A stretch of DNA of 64,000 nucleotides from Alphaproteobacteria bacterium (GTDB lineage: Bacteria; Pseudomonadota; Alphaproteobacteria; MPNO01): contig OZ219866.1 in NCBI GenBank assembly GCA_964291675.2, forward strand, positions 960,001 to 1,024,000, read 5' to 3'. Position numbers and translations under genes: made by a program. The notes beneath the pieces were generated by a model that worked only from the letters and a program-made list of their open reading frames with translations, was not told the DNA's origin and did not search any database. Numbering within the stretch: position 1 is the stretch's first letter; each line of letters opens with the position of its first letter. Shown here piece by piece: positions 41,553 to 50,739 of this stretch.

Positions 41553-41632
41553 CCCCTGTCACGGCCTGCGTCGCGCCCGGGCGCCTCTCCTGCCCTGTCG
41601 GCCGGACAGCGCCGCGCAGGCCATGACAGGGG
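41553..41632 (-). repeat. Intergenic inverted repeat (18-bp arms) with nested hairpin
   Basis: cccctgtcacggcctgcg (41553-41570) pairs with cgcaggccatgacagggg (41615-41632), one mismatch; inner ctgtc/gacag stem. Confidence 0.75.
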
Positions 41633-41645
41633 CGGGAAATGCGGG

Positions 41646-42344
41646 CTATGGCGCCATCGTTCTCACATTCGAGCGCAGCGCGCGGTGGTCGACGACGCCT
41701 TTGACGCCGGCGATCTCCTCGGCCAGCACCTTCGAGGCGGCGCGCTCGGACTCCGAGCCGACCACCCCCCAGAACTCGACCGTGCCCTGCTTCACCGTCA
41801 CGCTGGTGGTGCCGTAGCTCGCCCAGGGCTGTTCCGACAGCGCCCTGTCGACCGCCCGGCGGATCGCCTCGTCGTCCGCGTCGCTGTCGATCGACACCGT
41901 GCCCGCCGAAGCGATCTCGCGGATGATGTTGGCGCGGCTGATCAGCCCCACCACCCTGCCGTCGTCGACGATCGGCACCCGCTTGATGTGGTTGCGCTCC
42001 AGCGTCTCGGCGACCTCCGACAGCGACGCCTCGGGGCCGACCGAGATGACCGGCGCGGTCATCACGTCGCGCGCCGTTCTGCCATGCGCCTTGGTGAAGT
42101 CCTCGGCAAGGTCCGAGGGGTCGCGCCACAAATTGAGCCACCATGAGCCGGAGGGCTTTTCGGTGCCGATCTCCGGCCGGCGCAGGAGGTCGCCCTCGCT
42201 CACGATGCCGAGCAGCGTACCGTCTCCCTCCACCACAGGGACCGCGCTGATGTGGTGGTCGGTGAGCTTTTGCGCGATCGCCGTGACCGGTTCGTCCGGC
42301 CCGGCCGTCACTACGCGGCTGGTCATGATGTCTTTCGCCTTCAT
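41646..42344 (-). CDS. CBS-pair plus BON domain protein
   Basis: MKAKDIMT, ISAVPVV, GIVSEGDLLRR, IKRVP, then BON (VTVKQGTVEFWG...GVKGVVDH). Confidence 0.88.
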   Translation of the reverse strand: MKAKDIMTSRVVTAGPDEPVTAIAQKLTDHHISAVPVVEGDGTLLGIVSEGDLLRRPEIGTEKPSGSWWLNLWRDPSDLAEDFTKAHGRTARDVMTAPVISVGPEASLSEVAETLERNHIKRVPIVDDGRVVGLISRANIIREIASAGTVSIDSDADDEAIRRAVDRALSEQPWASYGTTSVTVKQGTVEFWGVVGSESERAASKVLAEEIAGVKGVVDHRALRSNVRTMAP

Positions 42345-42407
42345 CGCCTGCCTCCCGTCCCTCGCGGAGCCGCCGACCGATCCTCGCCGCCGCGCCGGTC
42401 AAGCACA

Positions 42408-42421
42408 TTGACCTGGATCAA
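42408..42421. promoter_or_regulatory. FNR/FixK-type box
   Basis: TTGAC-CTGG-ATCAA in the divergent intergenic region upstream of the CBS-BON gene. Confidence 0.7.
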
Positions 42422-42460
42422 GCGGGCGTGTTGTCGTCCGAGGCAGTATCGGGAGCGTAG

Positions 42461-43921
42461 ATGACGCAGCCAACCGAGATCTTCTTCCTGACCGCCCGGG
42501 AGCATGCGAGGCGCCCGGCGGTCGCGGTGCAGCCCGGCGCGCCGCTGCGCGAGGTCGTCGGCCGCATGGCGACGGAGAAGGCATCCGCCGTCGTGGCCGT
42601 CGACGGCGACGGCCGGCCGGCCGGGATCGTCACCGAGCGGGACATCGTCCGCCGCGCGACCTTCGCGGCCCCGCCCGAGCAGCCGGTGCGCGACCTGATG
42701 TCCTGGCCCGTCCGCTGCATCCGGGAGGACGAGCACCTGTTCATCGCCATCGCCCGGATGCGCCGGCTCGGCCACCGCCACATGCCGGTGATCGACGGCG
42801 AGGGACGGCTTGCCGGAATCCTCGACCTGCACGACGCGATGGGCCGCGCGGCGCGCGGCATGGTCGTCATGATCGACGACCTGACGCGCGACGACAGCGA
42901 CGACGGGCTGCGCGAGATCAAGGCCGCCCAGGTACGGGTCGCCGACACCCTGTTCGCCGCCAATGTCGCCGTCGGCGACATCCAGGCGACGCTGAGCCAC
43001 GTCAACAACGACATCTATGCTCGCCTGCTGGAGCGCAACCTCGCGGCGATGGCGGACGAGGGGATGGGTTCCCCTCCGGCGCCGTTCGCGATGATCATCA
43101 TGGGCTCCGGCGGGCGCCACGAGAACTTCTTGACCCCCGACCAGGATTACGGCTTCGTCATCGAGGACGGCGCGGATGCGCTCGGCGAGCGGGAAGATGG
43201 CTGGTTCGCCGCGCTCGCCGAGCGCCTGTCGCGCGACCTCGACGCGGTGGGGCTGCCCTATTGCGACGGCGGGGTGATGGCGACCAACCCGCAATGGCGC
43301 AAGACGCTCGCGGGGTGGAAGGATCAGGTCGACACGTGGTGTCGCCGGGCGCGCATCGACCCGCTGCTCGATTTCGACATCTTCTTCGACTTCCGCCTGG
43401 GCTGGGGCGATGCCCGGCTTGCCGCCGCGCTCAGGGAGCACGTCACCCGGCGGACGGCCGGCAACGAGGCGTTCCTGCGCGAGCTCCACGCCACCAGCCG
43501 GGACCACGGGACCGCGCTCGCCTGGTTCGGACGCTTCGCCACCGAGCGCGCCGATCCCGCCCATCGCGGCAAGGTGAACCTGAAGATGCACGGCACGCTG
43601 CCGCTGGTCACCGCGGCGCGTCTGTTCGCGCTGCGCGACGGCGTGGCGGAGACCGGCACGCGCGAACGCCTCGCCGCCTGCCATGCGGCCGGGGTGCTGA
43701 ACGATGCCGAGCACGACGATCTCGACGCCGCCCGGCAGACGATCTGCCGCCTGCTGCTGGGCCGCCAGCTGGTCGATTTCAGCGCCGGCGCGGCGGTCTC
43801 CAACTTCGTCGACCCCGCCGCGTTCACCCCGCGGCGCAAGCGCCAGCTGCGCGAGGCGCTGCGCGCCGTCGAGCGCCTGCGCAAGCGCATGGCGGTCGAG
43901 TTCGGCGGCGAGCCGATCTGA
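42461..43921 (+). CDS. CBS + DUF294 nucleotidyltransferase-like protein
   Basis: CBS pair (GIVTERD, RHMPVID), GSGGRHE....DQD pol-beta NTase motif, C.GGVMATNP.W, IFFDFR. Confidence 0.87.
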   Translation: MTQPTEIFFLTAREHARRPAVAVQPGAPLREVVGRMATEKASAVVAVDGDGRPAGIVTERDIVRRATFAAPPEQPVRDLMSWPVRCIREDEHLFIAIARMRRLGHRHMPVIDGEGRLAGILDLHDAMGRAARGMVVMIDDLTRDDSDDGLREIKAAQVRVADTLFAANVAVGDIQATLSHVNNDIYARLLERNLAAMADEGMGSPPAPFAMIIMGSGGRHENFLTPDQDYGFVIEDGADALGEREDGWFAALAERLSRDLDAVGLPYCDGGVMATNPQWRKTLAGWKDQVDTWCRRARIDPLLDFDIFFDFRLGWGDARLAAALREHVTRRTAGNEAFLRELHATSRDHGTALAWFGRFATERADPAHRGKVNLKMHGTLPLVTAARLFALRDGVAETGTRERLAACHAAGVLNDAEHDDLDAARQTICRLLLGRQLVDFSAGAAVSNFVDPAAFTPRRKRQLREALRAVERLRKRMAVEFGGEPI

Positions 43922-43930
43922 GTCCTGTGC

Positions 43931-44854
43931 TCAGTATTTGAGGTCGAGGCCGCGACGGCGGCGGATGCGCGCCGAGGCCTGGAGCACCTGGCCGAGCGTG
44001 GCGATGCCGCGCGCCTCCAGCCGCGGCAGCATCTTGCAGAACACCCGGGCCGTGGCGATCGAGTCGCCGAGCGCGGTGTGGCGGCCTTCCACCCCGATCC
44101 CGAGCCGTTCGGCGATCGCATCGAGCGAGTGGTTCTGCGAGAGAGGGTCGAGAAAAACCGAGATCAGCAGCGTATCCAGCACCAGGTTGGCGAATTCGAT
44201 GCCCGTTCCTTCCTCCTTCATGCGCAGGAACGCCATGTCGAAATCGGCGTTGTGCGCGACCAGAACGGCGTCGCCGACATAGGCGTGGAACGCCGGCAGG
44301 ACCTCGCCGATGGGCGGTTCGCCCGCGACCATGTCGTCGGTGATCCCGTGGAAGCGGATCGAGGCGCGCGGGATCGTCCGGCCCGGGTTCACCAGCCGCG
44401 AGAACGCGTCCGCCTCCTCGACCTCGCCGTCGCGGCAGCGCACCGCCGCGATCGAGATGATCTCGTCGCCCTCCGACGGCCTGAGCCCGGTGGTCTCGGT
44501 ATCGAACACCACGTAGCGCAGCGCCGCCAGCTTGCGCCCGTCGAGCTCGTCGCCGTGGAACGGCTGCTCGAAGCTGGGCCCGCCGTGGAATTCGGGCCGG
44601 GCGGGGAGGCCGCGGCGGTCGTGAAGCCGGGCGAGGATCACCCGGTCGGTCAGCGCCCACAACCCGGCCATGGCCAGGGCGAGCACGGCCAGCGCGGCCC
44701 AGACGACGCCCACGGGAACGCCGGTCCCGCCGCCCGCCAGCGCCTCCGGCCAGACCAGCGCCGCGATTGTGAGAACCAGCACTGCACCCGCCACCGCCCC
44801 GGCCCAGAGCAGGCCGATGGCGCTCCGTATACCCATCTCGTGCAGCAGTCGCAT
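43931..44854 (-). CDS. Membrane-anchored DEDDh 3'-5' exonuclease-like protein
   Basis: Two N-terminal hydrophobic helices; FDTETTG, AHNADFD, HTALGD. Confidence 0.85.
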   Translation of the reverse strand: MRLLHEMGIRSAIGLLWAGAVAGAVLVLTIAALVWPEALAGGGTGVPVGVVWAALAVLALAMAGLWALTDRVILARLHDRRGLPARPEFHGGPSFEQPFHGDELDGRKLAALRYVVFDTETTGLRPSEGDEIISIAAVRCRDGEVEEADAFSRLVNPGRTIPRASIRFHGITDDMVAGEPPIGEVLPAFHAYVGDAVLVAHNADFDMAFLRMKEEGTGIEFANLVLDTLLISVFLDPLSQNHSLDAIAERLGIGVEGRHTALGDSIATARVFCKMLPRLEARGIATLGQVLQASARIRRRRGLDLKY

Positions 44855-44883
44855 ACCCGTCTCCCCGACGGGGCGGCCGCGCG

Positions 44884-45678
44884 CTACACCGCGACCCGCG
44901 CCCTGATGTGCGCCTGCGGGCGATAGTCCTCGATCGCGATGTCCTCGGCGGTGAAGTCGAACAGGTCGCGCCGGTCCGGGTTGAGGCGGAGCCTGGGCAG
45001 CTTGCCCGGTATGCGCGAGAGCTGCTCGTCGGCCTGGTCGAGGTGATCGAGATAGAGATGGGCGTCGCCCAATGTGTGGACGAAATCGCCCGGCTCGAGG
45101 TCGCAGACATGGGCGACGAGATGGGTGAGCAGGGCGTAGCTCGCGATGTTGAAGGGAACGCCCAGGAATATGTCCGCGCTGCGCTGGTAGAGCTGGCAGG
45201 AGAGCCTGCCCCCGGCGACGTGGAACTGGAACAGGCAGTGGCAGGGCGGCAGCGCCATGGCGTCGAGCTCGGCGACATTCCACGCGCTCACCACCAGCCG
45301 GCGCGAGTCGGGGTCGCTCCGGATCTCCTCCACAACCCGGGCGATCTGGTCCACCGCAGACCCGTCCGCGTTCGGCCAGGACCGCCATTGCCGCCCGTAG
45401 ACCGGCCCGAGCTCGCCGTCGGCGTCCGCCCACGCGTCCCAGATCGTGACCCCGTTCCGGTTGAGGTAGCCGATATTGGTGTCGCCCGCGAGGAACCACA
45501 GGAGCTCGTGGACGATCGAGGGCCGGTGCAGGCGCTTGGTGGTCAGCAGGGGAAATCCGTCCGCGAGGTCGAAGCGCATCTGGTAGCCGAAGACGCCCTT
45601 GGTCCCGGTGCCCGTGCGGTCGCCGCGGACCGCGCCGCGCTCGCGCACATGACGCATCAGATCGAGATATTGCCGCAT
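44884..45678 (-). CDS. thyA: Thymidylate synthase
   Basis: [49 protein letters not shown]. Confidence 0.97.
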   Translation of the reverse strand: MRQYLDLMRHVRERGAVRGDRTGTGTKGVFGYQMRFDLADGFPLLTTKRLHRPSIVHELLWFLAGDTNIGYLNRNGVTIWDAWADADGELGPVYGRQWRSWPNADGSAVDQIARVVEEIRSDPDSRRLVVSAWNVAELDAMALPPCHCLFQFHVAGGRLSCQLYQRSADIFLGVPFNIASYALLTHLVAHVCDLEPGDFVHTLGDAHLYLDHLDQADEQLSRIPGKLPRLRLNPDRRDLFDFTAEDIAIEDYRPQAHIRARVAV

Positions 45679-45710
45679 GCCACCCCCCGTATCCCGACCC
45701 CGCGTCCGGT

Positions 45711-45738
45711 TTGAATTGGCCGCGAAGCGTCCTATATT
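45711..45738 (+). promoter_or_regulatory. Promoter of ssrA
   Basis: TTGAAT-N16-TATATT just upstream of the tmRNA acceptor piece. Confidence 0.6.
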
Positions 45739-45744
45739 GTCAAT

Positions 45745-46026
45745 GCCGGTCAGCCGGCTATGGCGATAAACGGCTTGTGCAATAAGCGAAGCGGACCCGG
45801 GGGCAGTACCCGGCGCCTCCACCAAACCTCTTTCCCGCCGCCTCGGCGCGGGCTTCATGGGGGCGAAACAGGATCGACGCGCGTGTAAAGACTCGCTTTT
45901 CGCCCGGCATGGTACCGCCGTTATCGGGCCGACCTGAAAGATGCCAACGACAACGACGTGGCACTCGCTGCCTAGCTTGGCTGGGTAAGCGCGGTTCGGG
46001 GGGCGCCGGGCAACAGAAGCCCCCCA
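45745..46026 (+). ncRNA. ssrA: Permuted two-piece tmRNA; tag [10 protein letters not shown]
   Basis: Acceptor piece ends GACCCGGGGGCAGTACCCGGCGCCTCCACCA (45824); intervening segment; coding piece starts GGGGGCGAAACAGGATCGAC (45859); tag frame GCC AAC GAC AAC GAC GTG GCA CTC GCT GCC TAG at 45943-45975; sspB follows. Outer ends are approximate. Confidence 0.93.
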
Positions 46027-46060
46027 CTCTCGGACCCGCCGGCGCTGTCAGGTCAGGGTG

Positions 46061-46525
46061 ATGTCGAACACCGAAGAGTCTCTCGTCCCGTATCAGGAGA
46101 TGGTGGAACGCGCGCTGCGGAGCGTGGTGCGCGACGCGCTCGCCCGCGTCGAGCAGCAGGGGCTGCCCGGCAGCCACCACTACTACATCTCCTTCCTGAC
46201 CGGGCACGACGGCGTGACGATTCCCGACCGTCTCCGCGCGCGCTACCCGGACGAGATGACCATCGTGCTGCAGCACCGGTTCTGGGGGCTGGAAGCCGGG
46301 GATGACGGGTTCTCGGTCACGCTATCCTTCGGCGGCCAGTCGGAGCGCCTCGCCGTGCCCTACGAATCGGTGACCGCCTTCATGGACCCCGCGGTCGATT
46401 TCGGCCTCCGCTTCGGTCCCCAGCCGGACGGCGACGCGGGCGATGCGCCGGACGACGGGGACGGGGAGCAACCGCAAGCCGGCGCCGGAACCGTGGTCAC
46501 GCTCGACAGCTTCCGCAAGACCTGA
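46061..46525 (+). CDS. sspB: ClpXP adaptor SspB (alphaproteobacterial type)
   Basis: GLPGSHHYYISF.T...GV, YPDEMTIVLQH.F, C-terminal VVTLDSFRK. Confidence 0.92.
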   Translation: MSNTEESLVPYQEMVERALRSVVRDALARVEQQGLPGSHHYYISFLTGHDGVTIPDRLRARYPDEMTIVLQHRFWGLEAGDDGFSVTLSFGGQSERLAVPYESVTAFMDPAVDFGLRFGPQPDGDAGDAPDDGDGEQPQAGAGTVVTLDSFRKT

Positions 46526-46607
46526 CGAGGCACAGGCGCCGGGCGAACCGGCACCGCCGTGAATCGGCTATGATGGGTTGCGTTGCAGCAATCGGTCGGG
46601 TGGGGCC

Positions 46608-47414
46608 ATGGCGGAGCTGGAAATCGGCGTGATCGGGGCGGCCGGCCGGATGGGGGCCGCGGTCGTGCAGGAGATATGCGACACCGAAGGCTGCGCGCTG
46701 GTCGCCGCCGCCGACGCCGCCGGGCATCCGGCGATCGGCGAGGACGCGGGGTCGCGCGCGGGCGTCGGCGCGCTCGGCATCCCGATCGGCGACGATGCGG
46801 CCTCGGTGTTCCAGCGCGCCCGGGTGGCGATCGAGTTCTCGCTGCCCGATGCGACGACCCGGCACGCGGCGATGGCGGGAGAGGCGGGCACCCCGCATGT
46901 CATCGGCACGACCGGTCTCGATGCGGCGCAGGAGCGCGCGATCGGCGCGGCCGCCGAAGGCGCGCCCATCGTGATCGCGCCCAATATGAGCCTCGCGGTC
47001 AACATCCTGTTCGCGCTCACCCGCCAGGTCGCCGGCATCCTCGACGACCGCTTCGACATCGAGATCGTCGAGATGCACCACAAGCACAAGGTCGATGCGC
47101 CGTCCGGCACGGCGATCGGCCTCGGCCGCGCCGCCGCGGAAGGCCGCGGGGTCGCGCTCGACGCGGTCGCCCAGATGACGCGCGAGGGCCATACCGGCGC
47201 CCGCGGCCGGGGCGATATCGGCTTCGCGGTGCTGCGCGGCGGCGACGTGGTGGGCGACCACTCGGTGGTGTTCGCGGTCGAGGGCGAGCGGCTGGAGCTC
47301 ACCCACAAGGCCTCTTCGCGGCGCATTTTTTCGCGCGGCGCGGTGCACGCGGCGCGCTGGGCCGCGACCCGGGAGCCCGGCCTCTACGGCATGGCGGACG
47401 TGCTCGGCCTGTGA
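46608..47414 (+). CDS. dapB: 4-hydroxy-tetrahydrodipicolinate reductase
   Basis: GAAGRMG, IGTTG, APNMS, EMHHKHKVDAPSGTA, RGGDVVGDH. Confidence 0.96.
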   Translation: MAELEIGVIGAAGRMGAAVVQEICDTEGCALVAAADAAGHPAIGEDAGSRAGVGALGIPIGDDAASVFQRARVAIEFSLPDATTRHAAMAGEAGTPHVIGTTGLDAAQERAIGAAAEGAPIVIAPNMSLAVNILFALTRQVAGILDDRFDIEIVEMHHKHKVDAPSGTAIGLGRAAAEGRGVALDAVAQMTREGHTGARGRGDIGFAVLRGGDVVGDHSVVFAVEGERLELTHKASSRRIFSRGAVHAARWAATREPGLYGMADVLGL

Positions 47415-47418
47415 CCGG

Positions 47419-48279
47419 TCACGCGGCCGTATCCGGAGCGGCTGCGTGCCGGCGGCCGGCCTCCCGCGCGATCAGGGCCCGCTTGCGCGCGCTGCCCCAG
47501 CGATAGCCGGTCTCGAACCGCCCCGACGCCCGGATCGCGCGGTGGCAGGGGATCAGCACGGCGATCGGGTTGGCGCCCACCGCCCGTCCCACCGCGCGGC
47601 CCGCGCCCGGTCTGCCGATCGCCCGCGCGATCTCGCCGTAGCTCACGAGCCGCCCCGGCGGCACCCGCAGCAGCGCCTCCCAGACCTTGATCTGGAAATT
47701 GGTGCCGCGCGCCCACAGGCGGATCGGCGAGGCGCCGGCCTCGCCGCCCCGGGCCAGCGCCTCGCCCGCGCAACGCCAGGTCTGCGCCGCGTCCTCGACG
47801 AGCCGCGCATGGGGCCAGGCGGCGGCGAGCGCCGCCACCGGATCCTCGCCCTCCCGCTCGAAGGCGATGCGGCACACCCCGCGCTCCGTCGTCGCGGCCA
47901 GGAACCGTCCGAACGCGCCGTCATGGCGGCCGTAGCGGATTTCCAGACCGCGCCCGCCGGCGCCGATCTCGCCCGGCGTCGCGGCCTCCAGGGTGACGCA
48001 CAGATCGTGCAGCCGCCCCGGACCGGAAAGCCCGACATCGAGCGCGGCATCCAGCACCGAGCGCGCATCCATCAGCGCCTCGCGCGCATGGTCGAGGGTG
48101 ACGTAGCGGAGGAAGAGCTTCGGGCTCACCCCCGCCCAGGCGGTGAACAGGCGTTGCAGGTGGAAGGGGCTCATGCCGATGCCCGCCGCGACCTCGTCGA
48201 GCCCCGGCTGGCGAAGCCTGTGGTCCTCGATATAGCGGATCGCCCGCTCGATCCTCGCATAGGTCGCGTTCCCGTCCAT
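47419..48279 (-). CDS. AraC-HTH/methylated-DNA-protein-cysteine methyltransferase (Ada-like)
   Basis: SPFHLQRLF..WAGVSPK, GTNFQIKVWEAL, SYGEIA, IPCHR. Confidence 0.9.
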   Translation of the reverse strand: MDGNATYARIERAIRYIEDHRLRQPGLDEVAAGIGMSPFHLQRLFTAWAGVSPKLFLRYVTLDHAREALMDARSVLDAALDVGLSGPGRLHDLCVTLEAATPGEIGAGGRGLEIRYGRHDGAFGRFLAATTERGVCRIAFEREGEDPVAALAAAWPHARLVEDAAQTWRCAGEALARGGEAGASPIRLWARGTNFQIKVWEALLRVPPGRLVSYGEIARAIGRPGAGRAVGRAVGANPIAVLIPCHRAIRASGRFETGYRWGSARKRALIAREAGRRHAAAPDTAA

Positions 48280-48326
48280 CGTCCCTGCCCTCGCCGTCTG
48301 CGCCTGCACGCCGACGATAGGAACGC

Positions 48327-48845
48327 CTAGCCGGCCGGGCCACCCGTATCTTGCGCTGCGCGGGCGCCCGCCGGCGGACGCCGCAGCCGCTCCAGAGCGG
48401 CGGTCAGGGCGCGCGCCAGCTCGAGCCGTTCCTCCGGCGCGAGGAAACCGCCGACCGCCAGGCGCCGGCCGTGCGAAGTCAGCACGAGCTGGCTTGCGTG
48501 CTCCGGCGGATCGTCCATCTCCACCCGCAGCCAGTAGGGCTGAAAGCGCCAGGACTGGTGACGGCGCCCCGGCCCGATCCGCTCGACGACCAGCGCGGTC
48601 TCGGTCAGAAGCAGGGTTTCGTGCATGCGGGCGCTGCGGTAATTCGCCTTGAACGCGACATAGATCAGCAACACGTCGAGCCCGAAAAAGCCCAGCACGG
48701 GCCAGGCGCCGATCAGCGCGAAGGCGAGGCCCGCGCCGAACGCCACCGCGACGATGGCCGCCATCAGGACGACGAACCCCCTGGGGCTCAGGCTGCGATG
48801 CGGCTCCAGCGTGGCCTGGAATATGGGTGCGGTCTCGGGGGCCAT
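48327..48845 (-). CDS. DUF2244 membrane protein
   Basis: L.PHRSLSPRGF, GAWPVLGFFGLDV, G.FLAPEER. Confidence 0.88.
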   Translation of the reverse strand: MAPETAPIFQATLEPHRSLSPRGFVVLMAAIVAVAFGAGLAFALIGAWPVLGFFGLDVLLIYVAFKANYRSARMHETLLLTETALVVERIGPGRRHQSWRFQPYWLRVEMDDPPEHASQLVLTSHGRRLAVGGFLAPEERLELARALTAALERLRRPPAGARAAQDTGGPAG

Positions 48846-48899
48846 CGGCGGATCATAGGCCTCTCCCCTGCGCCGGCCAATCCGCGCTAGTCTTGCGCC

Positions 48900-49544
48900 A
48901 TGCCGCGACCCATGCCGCTCGCCGATGTCGACGCGTTCTACCGCCGTCTCGCGGAAACCATGCCGGCGCCCAGGGGCGAGCTCGAATACCGCAACGAATT
49001 CACCCTGCTGGTCGCCGTCGTCCTGTCGGCGCAGGCGACCGATGTCGGGGTCAACAAGGCGACGGGGCCCCTGTTTGCCGTCGCCGATACGCCGGAGAAG
49101 ATGATCGCGCTGGGCGAGGCGAGGCTCAGGGACCACATCCGCACCATCGGGCTCTACCGCAACAAGGCCAAAAACGTGATCGCGCTGTCCGAGGCGCTGG
49201 TGGCCGATTTCGCCGGCATGGTTCCGCGCCACCGGGATGCGCTCGAAAGCCTGCCCGGGGTGGGACGGAAGACCGCCAACGTGGTGCTCAACATCGCCTT
49301 CGGCGAGCCCAGCATCGCGGTCGACACCCATGTCTTCCGGGTCAGCAACAGGACCGCGCTTGCCCCCGGCAAGGACGTCCGCGCGGTCGAGGACGCCCTG
49401 GTCCGCCGCACGCCCGCGCGCTGGAAGCAGCACGCCCACCACTGGCTGATCCTGCACGGGCGCTATGTCTGCAAGGCCCGGCGGCCCGACTGCCCCGCCT
49501 GCGTCGTCGCCGATCTCTGCCGCTACGGGGCCAAGACCGTCTGA
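48900..49544 (+). CDS. nth: Endonuclease III
   Basis: LSAQATD, LPGVGRKTANVV, VDTHV.R, CKARRPDCPACVVADLC 4Fe-4S motif. Confidence 0.96.
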   Translation: MPRPMPLADVDAFYRRLAETMPAPRGELEYRNEFTLLVAVVLSAQATDVGVNKATGPLFAVADTPEKMIALGEARLRDHIRTIGLYRNKAKNVIALSEALVADFAGMVPRHRDALESLPGVGRKTANVVLNIAFGEPSIAVDTHVFRVSNRTALAPGKDVRAVEDALVRRTPARWKQHAHHWLILHGRYVCKARRPDCPACVVADLCRYGAKTV

Positions 49545-49547
49545 GGT

Positions 49548-50030
49548 TCAGCCCGTCGGCTGCTGCCTGGCGTGCCGGGCGAGGGCGTTGAGGCACTTGC
49601 GCGGCGGGGTTTGCTCGCCGCCCGGCGCCCAGGACTCGATGTGACGCACCCGGAAGGTCTCGCCGCCGCCGGCCCCACCGGCATAGAGAAACAGGGCAAG
49701 CGCGCAGGTCCCGTGGCGGTAGCGCCAGAGTTCCGTGGGCTTCTCGCTGCGTATGAAGGAGGGCGAGCCGAGCAGCGCCCTGACCTCGTTCCGATCGAGG
49801 CCGATCAGGCTTTTCGGATCGATGTCGAGCGCCGCCGTCCGCTCGGGTTCCGGCCCTGGCGGCGGTGGCGGCTCACCCGACGCGGCTTCGGCCGGCTCCG
49901 CCGGCCCTCCTCCGCCTGGCGGGAGAACGGGCAGCGGCCGCTCCTGAGGGGCGGGACGCGCGCTGTGCTGCAGAAGCAGCGGGTTCTCGATGCGACAGCC
50001 GACGACACCCGCCAGGACGGCGACCGCCAA
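49548..50030 (-). CDS. Hypothetical protein, possible lipoprotein
   Basis: VVGC lipobox-like; L.GL....V..LLG.P...R......WRY...C.L.LFLY (SmpA/BamE-like pattern). Confidence 0.55.
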   Translation of the reverse strand: MAVAVLAGVVGCRIENPLLLQHSARPAPQERPLPVLPPGGGGPAEPAEAASGEPPPPPGPEPERTAALDIDPKSLIGLDRNEVRALLGSPSFIRSEKPTELWRYRHGTCALALFLYAGGAGGGETFRVRHIESWAPGGEQTPPRKCLNALARHARQQPTG

Positions 50031-50057
50031 CGCTACTCGACAGGCGGCGAAAATGGT

Positions 50058-50666
50058 CTAGCCGACCGGCGACTCGGCCGCGAGGACGGGGGCTGCCTCA
50101 CGCGAGTCGTCTTCCGAACAGGGCTGCAGCTCGCCGACGATGACGCCGCCGCGCTCCACTTCCAGCTGGCCGAAGGAGATCTTGCCCAGAATCCGCCCCG
50201 AGGCGCGCACCACCAGGGTTTCGCGGGCGACCAGGGACCCCTCGACGGTACCGCTGATCTCCGCCGTTTCGACATCCGCATCGCCCTTGAAGACGCCGGT
50301 GCGGGCGACCTCCAGCTCACGGCAGCCCTCCATCCGGGTCTCGACGAAGCCTTCGACGATCAGCTTTTCGCAGGACTGGATCTGGCCGTTGAGCGAGATG
50401 CTGCGGCCCACCAGGAGACACTTGCCCTCGCTGTCGGCGCCGGGAGAGATGCGTCGGGCGGGCTCCGTTGCCGGGGTGCTGACGCGTCGCGCGGGTCGGG
50501 CCTGGACGACGGCCGCCGGCGCCGGCGAGGCCGCCCGGGCGGGCTCCCTGGACGGGACATCGAGCGATGCCTCGGCGCTTGTATCCTCTTGCCGCGGCAT
50601 CTCTCCGGGGACCTCTTCGTCCCCGGACCGGGCCTCTTCCGCGTCGTTCTTTCTGCGACCGAACAT
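50058..50666 (-). CDS. Bactofilin (polymer-forming cytoskeletal protein)
   Basis: MFGRRK membrane-targeting N-terminus; LLVGRSISLNGQIQSCEKLIVEG.V, AEISG.VEG.L, G.I.G.I.F..LEVE.GG.I.G. Confidence 0.88.
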   Translation of the reverse strand: MFGRRKNDAEEARSGDEEVPGEMPRQEDTSAEASLDVPSREPARAASPAPAAVVQARPARRVSTPATEPARRISPGADSEGKCLLVGRSISLNGQIQSCEKLIVEGFVETRMEGCRELEVARTGVFKGDADVETAEISGTVEGSLVARETLVVRASGRILGKISFGQLEVERGGVIVGELQPCSEDDSREAAPVLAAESPVG

Positions 50667-50739
50667 ATCCAATACCCCCTGGCCGGCGTCCGGCGACGTA
50701 CTCATTCGATCTGCCTCCGCATCGGGCCGGACGGCGGCG

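Noticed and set aside
41556-41630. CTGTCAY heptamers as a Pho box
   Set aside because: They are inverted and about 60 bp apart, not direct repeats at 11-bp spacing.
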